Positions 30,858 through 41,702 are shown, counted from the stretch's first letter. The stretch: DNA of 64,000 nucleotides from Bryobacterales bacterium (GCA_963422375.2 OY729428.2:1984001-2048000), one strand, 5' to 3'. The notes: generated from the letters alone by a model not told the origin. Program-made: numbers and translations.

Positions 30858-32078
30858 ATGGGAATGCGTCTAACAAGGGTGGTTTCAGGGGCGTGCTTGA
30901 TTGCCGCGCTGCTCGCCTCGTGCGGGGGCGCCGACCAGTCGACTCAGGTCGGCGAGCACAGCCAGTCGGTCCGCTCGCTCACGGCTCACGAGTACTACGA
31001 CAAGGTCCGCGGTGCGTGGCTGGGCGCGGCGGTCGGAGGCGCCTTGGGCATGAGCGTCGAGGGGATGCACAAGCGGGACCTCAAGCCCTACCTCGAGGGG
31101 TTGGGGCAGTGGCCGTTGAGCGACTACATCAAGACGCGTCCGCCGCAGCGGGCTCGCGGCGGCAGGGCGTCGTACACGGCGGACAACTGGGGCCCTGCCG
31201 GTTTCGGCCCTGACGATGACTCGCTCTATCAGATTGCGAATCTCCTGCTGATCGAGGAAAAGGGTCCCGAGATCACGAGCCAGGACATCGCCGACCAGTG
31301 GCTCGCGTCGTTCTCCGTCTTCGAGGCGCGGAACTGCGGACGGGCCGTGCGCGTGGCTGAGAGGCTCCTGAAGGACGGAGTCAAGCCTCCCGAGTCAGGC
31401 CGGCACGAGTTTGGGGAGTTCATGGGAGGCCAGATGAAGGGGGAGTTCTGGGGCTACCTGCTGCCCGGGAACGCCGCCGCGGCTGCCGAATACGGGCGCA
31501 TCGATGCCGAGGTCGCCTTCCATACGGACGGCGTCTACGGCGAGATGTTCATGGCGGCGCTGACCGCCGAGGCCTTCTTCGAGTCCGATCCGGTCAGGCT
31601 CTTGGAGGCGGGACTCGATGCGATCCCTTCGGACTGCGACTACGCTAGCTGCATCCGAGATGTCATGGAGTGGCACCGGCAGGTGCCCGGCGATTGGGAG
31701 GAAACCCACGCGCGCATCGACGAGAAGTGGGCGCCGGAGGGCTCCGAGAAGATGCGGCGAGTGTTTCCGAACAATGCGGTCAACGCCTTGGCTCTGCTCT
31801 ACGGCGAGGGAGATTTCGACAGGACGGTCTCGATCGCCGTGATGGCGGGCTGGGACACGGACACGAACGCGGGCGATGTCGGGCCCGTGATGGGTGTCGT
31901 GCTCGGTGCGGGGGCAATCGCGGAGAAGTGGACCGAGCCCATTGCGAATACCCTTCGGAGTGACGTGAAGGGCGCCACTGAGTGGAAGATCGACGAGCTG
32001 GCGCGGCGCACGGTCGGCGCGGGGATGCGCATGACAGCCGCGAAGTCCGGCGGCTTGGTTGAGATCGTCAGTCAGTAG
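30858..32078 (+). CDS. ADP-ribosylglycohydrolase family lipoprotein
   Basis: Lipobox LLASC; DKVRGAWLG..VGGALG...EG, PDDD and GWDTDTNA motifs. Confidence 0.88.
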   Translation: MGMRLTRVVSGACLIAALLASCGGADQSTQVGEHSQSVRSLTAHEYYDKVRGAWLGAAVGGALGMSVEGMHKRDLKPYLEGLGQWPLSDYIKTRPPQRARGGRASYTADNWGPAGFGPDDDSLYQIANLLLIEEKGPEITSQDIADQWLASFSVFEARNCGRAVRVAERLLKDGVKPPESGRHEFGEFMGGQMKGEFWGYLLPGNAAAAAEYGRIDAEVAFHTDGVYGEMFMAALTAEAFFESDPVRLLEAGLDAIPSDCDYASCIRDVMEWHRQVPGDWEETHARIDEKWAPEGSEKMRRVFPNNAVNALALLYGEGDFDRTVSIAVMAGWDTDTNAGDVGPVMGVVLGAGAIAEKWTEPIANTLRSDVKGATEWKIDELARRTVGAGMRMTAAKSGGLVEIVSQ

Positions 32079-32079
32079 A

Positions 32080-33546
32080 GTGTCGCCTGCCTGCCCGGCA
32101 TCGACGAGCGGCCCGCGACCGGCCGCGATTCCCCGTCGCGACTTCCTCGTCGCGGGCGTCGGTGCGGCGCTCGCGAAGAGCCTGCCGGGCGCTTCGCCGC
32201 GCCCAAACATCCTGGTCGCGATATCCGACGACCAGTCCTTCGCCCACACCGGCGCTTCCGGCGACCCTGTCGTGCGCACGCCCGTTTTCGACCGGATCGC
32301 CGCCGAGGGAGTCCGCTTTTCCCACGCCTTTTGCAGCTCGCCTTCCTGCACGCCTTCGCGCGGTGCCATCCTGACGGGGCAGGACTGCTATCGCCTTGAA
32401 GAGGGCGTCAACCTCTGGAGCTCGCTGCCGGCCAAGTTCGAGACCTACCCGGACCTGCTAGAAGCGGCCGGCTATCACGTCGGATTCACGCGCAAGGGAT
32501 GGGGGCCGGGCAGATTGGAAGCGGGAGACCGCTCCCGCAATCCCGCGGGGCCCCGGTACGCTGACTTCCGCGTGTTCCACGAGGCCCGGCCCGACGGAGC
32601 TCCGTTCTGCTTTTGGTTCGGCAGCACGGACCCTCACCGCCGCTACGAGAAGGGCTCCGGCCTGGCCAGCGGCCTCCGCCTCGACAACGTCGCCGTACCT
32701 CCGTTCCTGCCCGACGCGCCGGAAGTCCGCAGCGACATATTGGACTACTACTTCGAGATCGAGCGGTTCGATCGGCAACTGGGCGAAATCCTCCGCTTCC
32801 TGGAAGAGCGCGACCAGCTCGCCAACACGATCGTCGTCGTCACTAGCGACAACGGGATGCCGTTTCCCCGCGCCAAGGCCGACCTCTACGATTTCGGCTC
32901 GCGGGTTCCTCTAGCCGTCCGCTGGCCCGAGCGCGTTCCGGCAGGTCGGGCAGTCAGCGATTTCGTCAGTCTGGTCGACGTCGCTCCGACGATTCTCGAG
33001 GCGGCAGGCCTCGAGCGCCTGCCTAGCATGACCGGGCGCAGCTTCTTAGCCGAGCTGACTTCTCGGGAGCAGGGCCGCGTCCACGAGACGCGCGACCACG
33101 TAGTCCTGGCCCGCGAGCGCCACACTCCTTGGCGCGCTGGCGGGGTCGGCTACCCCATGCGCGCCATCCGAACGGATCGCCACCTCTACGTCCGCAATCT
33201 CGAGTCCGATCGCTGGCCGGCGGGAGATCCTCCTATCCTCGGCGAGGTCGACCCCTCGCCCACGAAGGACTTCATGCGCGCGAGAAAGGCCGCGCCCGGA
33301 TTCGAGCGCTACTACCGCGCCGCTTTCTCGAAGCGCCCGGCCGAGGAACTCTACGACGTGGCGCGAGATCCGGGCCAGATGGAAAGCGTCGCCGCCCTCG
33401 AGGCGTATAGCGAGGTCAAGCGGTCGCTGTCCTCGCGCCTCGACCGGCGCCTGCTAGCGACCGCCGACCCGCGGGCACTCGGTCACCCGCCGACCTGGGA
33501 GAAGAATCCCCATTACGGCAGGCTGACGTTGGAACAGCGTCGCTGA
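32080..33546 (+). CDS. Tat-exported sulfatase (N-sulfoglucosamine sulfohydrolase-like)
   Basis: RRDFL Tat motif, PNIL...SDD, CTPSR formylglycine motif, SDNG.PFPRAK. Start uncertain (32059 or 32080). Confidence 0.92.
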   Translation: MSPACPASTSGPRPAAIPRRDFLVAGVGAALAKSLPGASPRPNILVAISDDQSFAHTGASGDPVVRTPVFDRIAAEGVRFSHAFCSSPSCTPSRGAILTGQDCYRLEEGVNLWSSLPAKFETYPDLLEAAGYHVGFTRKGWGPGRLEAGDRSRNPAGPRYADFRVFHEARPDGAPFCFWFGSTDPHRRYEKGSGLASGLRLDNVAVPPFLPDAPEVRSDILDYYFEIERFDRQLGEILRFLEERDQLANTIVVVTSDNGMPFPRAKADLYDFGSRVPLAVRWPERVPAGRAVSDFVSLVDVAPTILEAAGLERLPSMTGRSFLAELTSREQGRVHETRDHVVLARERHTPWRAGGVGYPMRAIRTDRHLYVRNLESDRWPAGDPPILGEVDPSPTKDFMRARKAAPGFERYYRAAFSKRPAEELYDVARDPGQMESVAALEAYSEVKRSLSSRLDRRLLATADPRALGHPPTWEKNPHYGRLTLEQRR

Positions 33547-33563
33547 CGGGCCGGCGCCCGCGA

Positions 33564-35096
33564 TCAGCCGACCGGGTCGACCGTCCAGTCCGTGTTGACC
33601 CTTCTTCCGTAGTACGGATAGAAGTCCCACGGCGCCGGCTTGCCGAGGGCGCGCGGATCCCCGGTGTCGGCTAGGCGTTTCATGAGGCGACCATGCAGGG
33701 CCTGCCTGCGGTCCACTGCGGCGGGTTCGCCGGCAATGTTCCGCAACTGGCCCGGGTCTTCGCGGAGGTCGTAGAGCTCGTGGCCCTCCCTCGTGCCGAA
33801 GGCAAGCTCGGAGAGGGCGTCGACGGCGGGGTCGTCGCGATTCTCCATCATGAAAGTCTTCGTCGGCGATCTGTCGATCTCGCCGTAGGGGATCGCGCGG
33901 GCGCAGTCCGCCGCGTTGGGCGAGCCGGAAGGCCAGCGCGTCGGCTCGAAGTTTCGGACGTAGAGGTAGTCGCGGGTGCGGATGGCCCGGCAGGGGTACC
34001 CCTTTCCGCCGCGACGGCAGCCGTCGTGCCGCTCCATCGCGAAGAACGCGGCGTCGCGCGACGCATCGACTTCCCCGTTGGCGCTCGCCGAAAGGACGGG
34101 CAGCAGGCTCCGCGCCGTCATGCTCTCGTGCCGCGCCAGTCCGGCAGCCTCCAGGAACGTCGGCGCGAGATCGCTCAGACTGACAAAGTCGTCCACCGTT
34201 CTGCCCGCGGGGATCGAGCCGGGCCAGGAAATCGCGAGCGGGACCCGGCTGCCGTAGTCGTAGAGGCTCGCCTTGGCGCGAGGGAAGGGCATGCCGTGGT
34301 CGCTCGTTACTACAACGAGGGTGTTGTCGAGCTGGCCGGATTGGCGCAGGAGAGCGAGCGCCCGATTCACGTTGGCATCGAAGCGCTCGATCTCGACGTA
34401 GTAGTCGAGAATGTCGTTGCGCGTCACCCGATTGTCCGGCAGGTGCGGGGGTACGACGACCCGTCCGGGATCCTTTCCCGAGCGGACGCCCGAGCCGAGC
34501 TCGTAGGGCCGGTGGGGGTCGCTGCTTCCGAGCCAGAAGCAGAACGGCTTGCCCGCCGCGGTCTCCTGCAGGAAGGCTTCGAAGCTCGCGAACCGGTCGC
34601 CGGCGGGGTTGCGCGTGCGCCCGCCCGGCCCGAGCCGCCCCGGCGCCCATCCCTTACTGGCGTGGCCGGTTCGATAGCCCTCTCGTTCGAGCATTTCGGT
34701 GTAGGTCGCGAACTTGAGCGGCAGGGTGCTGTGAATGTTGCCGGCCTCTTCCAGGCGCCAGATCGACTGGCCGGTCAGGAGGGCGCTGCGGGACGGTCCG
34801 CAGGTCGGCGCGTCGCAGAAGGCGTGCGTGCATAGCACGCCTCGGGCGGCGACTCGGTCGAACGCGGGCGTCTTGACGACCGGATCTCCAGCGGCCCCGG
34901 CGTGCGCCCAGGACTGGTCGTCGGAAATACAGATCAGGATGTTGGGCCGGTCCCCGGCCGGTCGCCCTTGGGCCGCGAGCGGGGCCGACCCGGCGGCTCC
35001 CAGGCCCGCGGCCGCCAGTCCCACGAACGACCGGCGTGAGATGCCTGTGCCGCCCGTTACTCCGATCTCGCCGCCTCGGCTGCTGTCAGGTTGCAT
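33564..35096 (-). CDS. Tat-exported sulfatase, paralog of the convergent neighbour
   Basis: SRRSFV Tat motif, PNIL..ISDDQ, CGPSR, SDHGMPFPRAK. Confidence 0.92.
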   Translation of the reverse strand: MQPDSSRGGEIGVTGGTGISRRSFVGLAAAGLGAAGSAPLAAQGRPAGDRPNILICISDDQSWAHAGAAGDPVVKTPAFDRVAARGVLCTHAFCDAPTCGPSRSALLTGQSIWRLEEAGNIHSTLPLKFATYTEMLEREGYRTGHASKGWAPGRLGPGGRTRNPAGDRFASFEAFLQETAAGKPFCFWLGSSDPHRPYELGSGVRSGKDPGRVVVPPHLPDNRVTRNDILDYYVEIERFDANVNRALALLRQSGQLDNTLVVVTSDHGMPFPRAKASLYDYGSRVPLAISWPGSIPAGRTVDDFVSLSDLAPTFLEAAGLARHESMTARSLLPVLSASANGEVDASRDAAFFAMERHDGCRRGGKGYPCRAIRTRDYLYVRNFEPTRWPSGSPNAADCARAIPYGEIDRSPTKTFMMENRDDPAVDALSELAFGTREGHELYDLREDPGQLRNIAGEPAAVDRRQALHGRLMKRLADTGDPRALGKPAPWDFYPYYGRRVNTDWTVDPVG

Positions 35097-35490
35097 GTCT
35101 GATTCTCGCGCATCTCGCGCTGGCGCGGGGAGTTCCGGAAATCGCTGTCGTGTCAGAAGATTAACTCCATCCCGAATCGGATTCGCCGTACCGGGCAGTA
35201 CTCCATGGCGGAAGAGATCCTCCCGCCTGGGGGCCTGTTGACGGTGCCGCTGGGGGCACTGCGGCGCCACTCGTTGAACGGGTTGAAGAACTCTCGTCGC
35301 GGAAGCTGCGGGACAGGCTCTCCGTCAAGTCGAAGATTTTGAGCTCACCCTACCTTGGTTGAGCGGCCGGCCTTTCTTAGCGGTTCGGCGGCTGCGAGGC
35401 GACGTTGCCAATTGGTCGGCCTAGAGGTGCGTGGCTCGCACGCTCCGCCCCAAGCCGGAAGGGCTCGGGTCGCTGGCCTCCGGGCAGGAC

Positions 35491-37331
35491 TCAGGGGCGG
35501 GGCACGACCGGCAGCGCGGGAAGGCCGCCCGATGGCCGCTTGAGCGTGACGTCCTCGAATAGCAGCGACGGCACAACCAAGGAAACCACCGGCGTGCCGA
35601 CAGATGCGGTGAACGGCAGTCTGGGCTGGCCGCGGAACGCCACGCTGTACACGGTCAGGTCTTGCGAAGCCGCCACGATGTCGCGGAAGCTCGAGTCACC
35701 GATCCCCGTCAGGACGGCGCTGCGGATCAGTTCCTCGCGTCCATCCGGAAACCTGATTACCAACGAACGTCAGCCGAGGATATGCTATACTGGAGGAGGT
35801 CGGAAATCTCTGACAGGAAAGGGGATAGCAGCTGAAACGCAATCGCGTGCAATTCCAGAAGGGACTCAGCCTGGGCAAGTTCCTGCAGCGCTACGGCAGC
35901 GAGGGGCCATGCGAGCAGGCCGTCTTCAAGGCCCGCTGGCCGGACGGCTTCCGCTGCCCGGAGTGCGGCTCCCGACGGCACTGCCGCATCCGCTCCCGCA
36001 AGCTCCGGCAGTGCCATGCCTGCCACCGCCAGAGCTCCCTCGTCGCCGGCACGCTCTTCGCCGCCACCAAGCTGCCGCTGACCGTCCGGTTCCTGGCTAT
36101 GCACCTGCTGACGCAGGGCCAGCACGGCGTTTCGTCGCTGGAACTGGCGCGGCAGCCGGGCGTGAGCCGGAACACGGCTTGGAAGATGAAGCACAAGCTC
36201 TTGCAAGTGATGAAGGAGCGCGACGAGCGCCTGCCGCTGGGCGGCATCGTGCAGGTGGACGACGCTTACTGGGGCGGGGAGCGGAGCGGCGGCCAGCGCG
36301 GGCGCGGCGGGCAAGACGCCGTTCGTGGCCGCCGTGCAGGTCAGCGCCGCCGGCCAGGATGCTCATGAGCAGCGTGGCGGGCTTGCGCAAGAAGACGCTG
36401 GCAGCGTGGGCCGGGCGGCACTTGCAGCCCGGCACGAAAGTGCATTCCGACGGCCCGGCCTGCTTCCGGGGCGTGGCCGGCGCCGGCTGCGAGCACGTGC
36501 CGACCGTCACCGGAGGCGGGCAGCGGAGCTGCGCGGATTCCCGCTTCGTCCGGGTCAGAACGATGCTGGCGCACGTCAAGCAGTCCCTGGCGGGAACCTG
36601 CCATTCGTTCGACGGCAAGCACCTGCCGCGCTACCTCGCCGAGTTCCGCTACCGCTTCAACCGCCGCTACGATCTGCAGGCGCTGGTCCCCCGCCTGCTC
36701 CACGCCTCCGTGCGCACCCCGCCCATGCCTTACCGCCTCCTAACCTTGGCTGAGTCTTGTGGGTAATCAGGTCCGGAAATACCCTGTAGGCGACGACGGC
36801 CTCGATCTCAGACTCGGAGCCGGACGCCGAGGACGAAAGGCCTCGGCGACCGGAAAGCCTCGCTCCGGGAGAGCCGAGGCGCCGCACCGAGATGGTGAAC
36901 TCCAAGTCCCGTTCCCGCGCCAGGTCGAGCAGCTCCTGCTTCATCTCCGCGCGATCGAGGCCGTCGCGCGGCTGGACAAACGGGTTCGAGGGCGCCGGGC
37001 CCGAGCCGCGGCGGCTGCCGGTACTGCGCGGGATGCCTTGGACCGGGCTGCGCGTGGGGAGCAGAGTCTTCAGCAGCCCGTTCTGCACGAGCTCCGTCCG
37101 GCGAGCCGGCACCCCTTCGTTGTCGATACGATAGCCGCCCAAGAGCGGCACCTCACCGTGCCTGTCGGCGTGCGGGTCGTTGGCCACGCCGAGAAACCGG
37201 GGAAGGACACGCGAGCCGAGCCGGTCCTGGAAAGGGTTTGCCATCCGGCGGGAGATTCGCTCGTATCAGGACTCCGCGACGACGGGAGCCTTCATCGCGA
37301 GCAGGCGCGGCGCCAAGACCTGATGCACCAA
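35491..37331 (-). pseudogene. TldD/PmbA-related metallopeptidase, C-terminal fragment interrupted by IS1595-B
   Basis: LGGYRIDNEGVPA..TELVQNGLLKTLL..R.P, APSN and AYRVFPD|GREELIR rejoin across the IS. In-frame TGA at 37266-37268; N-terminus missing. Confidence 0.85.
35752..36771 (+). mobile_element. IS1595-family element B, copy 2 (frameshifted transposase about 35832-36766)
   Basis: Imperfect IR cctgattacc...cagccRagg, with perfect 8-bp target duplication tccggaaa at 35744-35751 and 36772-36779. Confidence 0.95.
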
Positions 37332-37332
37332 G

Positions 37333-37888
37333 TACGTTGCTGCTCTTCCCGGCCGAGGTGATGATGGCCCGCACCCACTCGTCGTAGGGCCGGTCGGAGT
37401 GCAGCTTCTCCTTCAGCCAGTACGTGGAAGAGCTCTCTGCCGCGACCCATCTTGCCGTTGGCGCGAAAGAGATCCATGTAAAAGTAGGCCCACTTCTCGC
37501 TGAATTCCTCGCGGGCAAGCAATTCGTCGATCTTGCGGCTGCGCTTGCCGCTCGAATCGTCCTCCATGAACTCGCGGATTTCGGGCCGAGTCGGAATGCG
37601 CCCGACGAGATCCAGCTGCACTCGGCGAAGGAATTCGAGGTCGCCGGACGGCGGGGCATGCGGTATGCCGTCGCTCGCGATCTTCCCGAATATATGGTCG
37701 TCGACGAAATTGCGCCGAACGGCGGGCTTCGTTGCGACGGCCTCCGACACTGACACGACGCGCTGCGTTACCTCGGTGGCCACGGCACGGGAATCTCGGG
37801 CCTCCCGCAGCGGCTCGCGGTCCGCCGACTGTCCGAGGACTACAGCCGCGGTCGAGAGCACGAGGAGAATGTGTCTTGGAACCCGCAT
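37333..37888 (-). pseudogene. DUF1549 (PSCyt2) protein, truncated and frameshifted
   Basis: Signal peptide, RRNFVDDHIFGK, EFLRRVQLDLVGRIPT. Frameshift near 37422 into YWLKEKLHSDRPYDEWV; breaks off near 37333. Confidence 0.85.
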
Positions 37889-38124
37889 TGAGTCGCCGCT
37901 GGCATTATTGCAAGATTCCGGGGCCCAACGGCGTTCCTCGCCGACGGAATTCGACGGAAATGCGCCGGCATTCCGAGGCTGTTTCGGGGAATCGATCAAA
38001 GGCCCTCGATGGCGCGAGCCCTGCGAGCCCAGCCTCGTAGCCGGAGCGCCGGCGGGCTGCCGGCACGGGCGCATGCTGGCCCTCCCAGCGTTGAGCGGCC
38101 GAACCGCTTTGCTAGCCTTTGCTC

Positions 38125-39783
38125 ATGCACCGTGCGCTCCTAGCTGCCGCCGCCCTGCTGACAGGCTCGATCGCCGCCAGCGACAGCCCCGACCTAGAGG
38201 TCGTGAGCCGAATTAAGCAAGAGGCCTACGACAACAGCCAGGTAATGGACCACCTGTTCCGGCTCGTGGAAGTCTACGGCCCGCGAATCACGAACTCGAG
38301 CGGATTCATGGGCGCGGCCGAATGGGCCGCGGAGACGATGGAGGGCTGGGGCCTCGAGAACGCGAATCTGGAGGAGTGGGGGCCGTTCGGGCAGGGCTGG
38401 TCACGGGAGTACTTCTCGGTCCACCTGACGGCGCCCCAGTACGAGCAGCTGATCGGCGTTCCCATGGGCTGGAGCCCCTCCACCGACGGCAAGCTGACCG
38501 GCCAGCCGGTACTGGCCCCCATCCGGCGGGACGGGCGCCTGCCCCGCGACGAGCAAGCGGTCGACGAATACATCGCCGAGTGGAAGGGCGAGCTCTCCGG
38601 GGCGATGGTGATGATCAGCGACCCGAAGAGGCTCCGGCCCCAGAGCCGCCCGGCCTTGCACCGCTTCTCGGGTTCCGAGCTGCAGGAGGTCGCCAAGGCG
38701 AGGCCGGCGTCCCCTCCCGTCGACTACCTGGATCCGGATTTGGAGATTCCCGGGGCCCCCGAGGACCGGCGCGCATTCATGGTCAAGGCCCCGCGCTGGT
38801 TCCGCGAGCACCGCTCACAGGAGCGGCGCAGGATCCAGTCCAAGCTTAACGCGTTCCTGGTCTCCGAGGGTGTCAGGCTGGTCCTCCACCCCGCCGCCCG
38901 GGGCGACGGCGGCACAGTGTTCCCGCCTCGCTCGGGCAGCCGCCACGTCGAGGACGCCGGGCCGCCGCCGTCAATCGCGCTGACTCCCGAACACTACAAC
39001 CGCATCTACCGGCTGATCGACAAGGGGGTCGGCGCGACGATCGAGGCCGAAGTCCGCACCACCGTGTACCGCGAGACTCTCGACTCGGTGAACGTCGTCG
39101 CGGAAATCCCGGGCACCAGCAAGGCCGACGAGCTCATCATGCTCGGTGGGCATCTCGACTCGACGGCCGCCGCGCTCGGCGCCACTGACAACGGGGCGGG
39201 CTGCGCGGTCATGATGGAGGTCGTTCGCATTCTCAAGGCGCTCGACCTGCCGCTGAAGCGGACCGTGCGCATCGCGCTTTGGGGCGGGGAAGAGCAGGGC
39301 CTGCTGGGTTCGGAGGCCTACGTCAAGAAGCACTTCGGAAACTCCGAGACGATGGCGCTGACTCAGAAGCACGCCAAGCTCTCGGCGTACTTCAACGTCG
39401 ACAACGGGACCGGGAAGATTCGCGGCGTGTACCTGCAGGGCAACGACCGCGTACGGTCGATCTTCCGGCAATGGCTTTCCCCGTTCCAAGACATGGGGGC
39501 CTCCACCCTGAGCATTCGCGATACCGGAGGCACGGACCACCTATCCTTCGACGCGGTCGGACTGCCCGGCTTTCAGTTCATTCAGGATCGGATCGAATAC
39601 GAGACCCGGACGCACCACTCGAACATGGACGGCTACGACCGCGCCCAGTCCGCCGACCTGATCCAAGCGTCGATCATCGTCGCCACGTTCGTCTATCACG
39701 CGGCCAACAGGGACGAGATGATTCCAAGGAAGCCGCTGCCGCGGCCCCAGCCCAAGACCAAGCCGGAGCAGAAGCCCGAATAG
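38125..39783 (+). CDS. M28 family peptidase (carboxypeptidase Q-like), secreted
   Basis: YGPRITNS, GGHLDS, GATDNGAG, WGGEEQGLLGS, GTDHLSF and THHSNMD motifs. Confidence 0.93.
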   Translation: MHRALLAAAALLTGSIAASDSPDLEVVSRIKQEAYDNSQVMDHLFRLVEVYGPRITNSSGFMGAAEWAAETMEGWGLENANLEEWGPFGQGWSREYFSVHLTAPQYEQLIGVPMGWSPSTDGKLTGQPVLAPIRRDGRLPRDEQAVDEYIAEWKGELSGAMVMISDPKRLRPQSRPALHRFSGSELQEVAKARPASPPVDYLDPDLEIPGAPEDRRAFMVKAPRWFREHRSQERRRIQSKLNAFLVSEGVRLVLHPAARGDGGTVFPPRSGSRHVEDAGPPPSIALTPEHYNRIYRLIDKGVGATIEAEVRTTVYRETLDSVNVVAEIPGTSKADELIMLGGHLDSTAAALGATDNGAGCAVMMEVVRILKALDLPLKRTVRIALWGGEEQGLLGSEAYVKKHFGNSETMALTQKHAKLSAYFNVDNGTGKIRGVYLQGNDRVRSIFRQWLSPFQDMGASTLSIRDTGGTDHLSFDAVGLPGFQFIQDRIEYETRTHHSNMDGYDRAQSADLIQASIIVATFVYHAANRDEMIPRKPLPRPQPKTKPEQKPE

Positions 39784-39833
39784 GCGGCCGCCCACGTTCC
39801 CGGGGCGGCTCCTCGGCCGTTCCCGGCCCGGCG

Positions 39834-40382
39834 CTAGAGGTCGTACTGAGCCAGCGTGGATTCCCAGCGCCCTTGGGCTTTCAGCACGAGCTCGACGACC
39901 TCGCGGATCGCGCCGTGCCCGCCGTGGCTCTTGGTAACGAGATGCACGCAGTCGATGACTTCCGGGCGGGCGTTGGCCGGGGCGACGGCCAGACCGGCTC
40001 GCTTCAGGAGGGGCAGGTCCGTGACATCGTCCCCGACGTACGCCACCTGCTCGGCTGCGAGGCCGGCGTCCTCGAGAATCGAAGCGAACGACCCGAGCTT
40101 GTCGGTCCGACCTTCGACGAGGTATTTCATGCGCGCCGACCGGGCGCGCTCGCGAACGGCCAGGCCGCCGCGCCCCGTGATGATCCCGGTGTCGATGCCT
40201 GCTCGACGGATCCATGCGAGCGCGATGCCGTCGTGGCAGTCGAAGGCCTTTGTTTCCGCCACCGTGCCGTCAGGCCCGGGAAGGAAGTAGATCGTGCCGT
40301 CCGTGAGAACCCCGTCGCAATCCATCAGGAGGAGGCGGATGCGGGACGCCCGGTCGCGCAGCGACTCGCTGGTTTCGCCCAT
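39834..40382 (-). CDS. kdsC: 3-deoxy-D-manno-octulosonate 8-phosphate phosphatase (HAD)
   Basis: DCDGVLTDG, K.F...DG, IITGR, GDDVTD and GGHGAIRE motifs. Confidence 0.93.
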   Translation of the reverse strand: MGETSESLRDRASRIRLLLMDCDGVLTDGTIYFLPGPDGTVAETKAFDCHDGIALAWIRRAGIDTGIITGRGGLAVRERARSARMKYLVEGRTDKLGSFASILEDAGLAAEQVAYVGDDVTDLPLLKRAGLAVAPANARPEVIDCVHLVTKSHGGHGAIREVVELVLKAQGRWESTLAQYDL

Positions 40383-40654
40383 CGGCTCCTTTATCGCATG
40401 CCGACGACAGCAGTCCCCCAGCGCTCGGAACGACTCCCCGCGGACGACGCGACGCGCCGCGGGGCATGACGCCCGGCAGCAGCTCCGCGATTCGCTATGA
40501 TCAAGGGCAGTCGCGCGCGGCAGGCCCCTAGCTTGGCTCAGAGCGTCGCCGCGGCTTCCCCTCCCATCCGCGCGTCCTAGAGGAGACCAGGCCGTAACCT
40601 ACAGGGGACCGGTTGGGTGTTCAAGCTTTCCATAGACAGGAGACCACAACGAGA

Positions 40655-41653
40655 ATGGCTGCCAGAGTTGCAATTAACGGGTTCGGCCGCATCGGACGGA
40701 ACGTCTTCCGCGCCCAAATGGGCAATCCCGACGTCGAGGTCGTCGCGATCAATGACATCACGGACAGGGCGACGCTTGCGCACTTGCTGAAGTACGACTC
40801 CGTGCTCGGTAACCTGGACGCGAACGTGGCCGCGACCGAAGACGGGCTCCTCCGGGTGGGCGACCAGGAATTCCGGGTCTTCTCGGAGCGCGACCCCGCA
40901 AGGATTCCCTGGGACTCCGTCGGGGCCGAGGTCGTGGTGGAGTCGACCGGGCTCTTCACCAAGCGCGAGATGGCCGCCAAGCACCTTGGCGGCAGCGTGA
41001 GGCGCGTGGTCGTGTCGGCCCCGGCGAAGGGCGAGGACATCACCGTGGTGCTCGGGGTCAACGACTCCCAGCTCGATGACAGCCACGAGGTGATCTCGAA
41101 CGCCTCCTGCACCACGAACTGCCTCGCGCCGGTCGCCAAGGTGCTGCACGACCAGTTCGGCATCGTGAAGGCCACGATGACCACGGTTCACAGCTACACC
41201 AACGACCAGCGGACGCTCGACCTGCCGCACAAGGACCTGCGCCGGGCCCGCGCGGCGGCACTCAACATGATTCCGACCAAGACCGGCGCGGCTGCGGCGA
41301 TCGGTCTCGTGATGCCGGACCTGGAGGGCAAGTGCGACGGTTTCTCCATTCGAGTGCCCACCCCGAACGTGTCCGTCGTCGACCTCGTGGTGGAACTGAG
41401 TCAGGGCGTCACCAAGGAACAGGTCAACGGTGCGCTCCGCGAGGCCGCCGAGGGCCAGCTCAACGGCATTCTCGCGTACACCGAGGAGCCTCTGGTCTCC
41501 AGCGACTTCATGCGCAACCCCCACTCGTCGATCGTGGACGGAGCGATGACCCGCGTCATCGGCGAGAACATGGTCAAGGTCCTCTCGTGGTACGACAACG
41601 AGTGGGGCTACTCGAACCGCGTGGTCGACCTGGTCAGCAAGCTGGCCGCCTGA
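40655..41653 (+). CDS. gap: Type I glyceraldehyde-3-phosphate dehydrogenase
   Basis: INGFGRIGR, SNASCTTNCLAP and WYDNEWGYS motifs. Confidence 0.99.
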   Translation: MAARVAINGFGRIGRNVFRAQMGNPDVEVVAINDITDRATLAHLLKYDSVLGNLDANVAATEDGLLRVGDQEFRVFSERDPARIPWDSVGAEVVVESTGLFTKREMAAKHLGGSVRRVVVSAPAKGEDITVVLGVNDSQLDDSHEVISNASCTTNCLAPVAKVLHDQFGIVKATMTTVHSYTNDQRTLDLPHKDLRRARAAALNMIPTKTGAAAAIGLVMPDLEGKCDGFSIRVPTPNVSVVDLVVELSQGVTKEQVNGALREAAEGQLNGILAYTEEPLVSSDFMRNPHSSIVDGAMTRVIGENMVKVLSWYDNEWGYSNRVVDLVSKLAA

Positions 41654-41702
41654 GGGACCCCGCGGACGGCCGACCGCACACAGTGCTTGGCATCGCGCGC
41701 AG

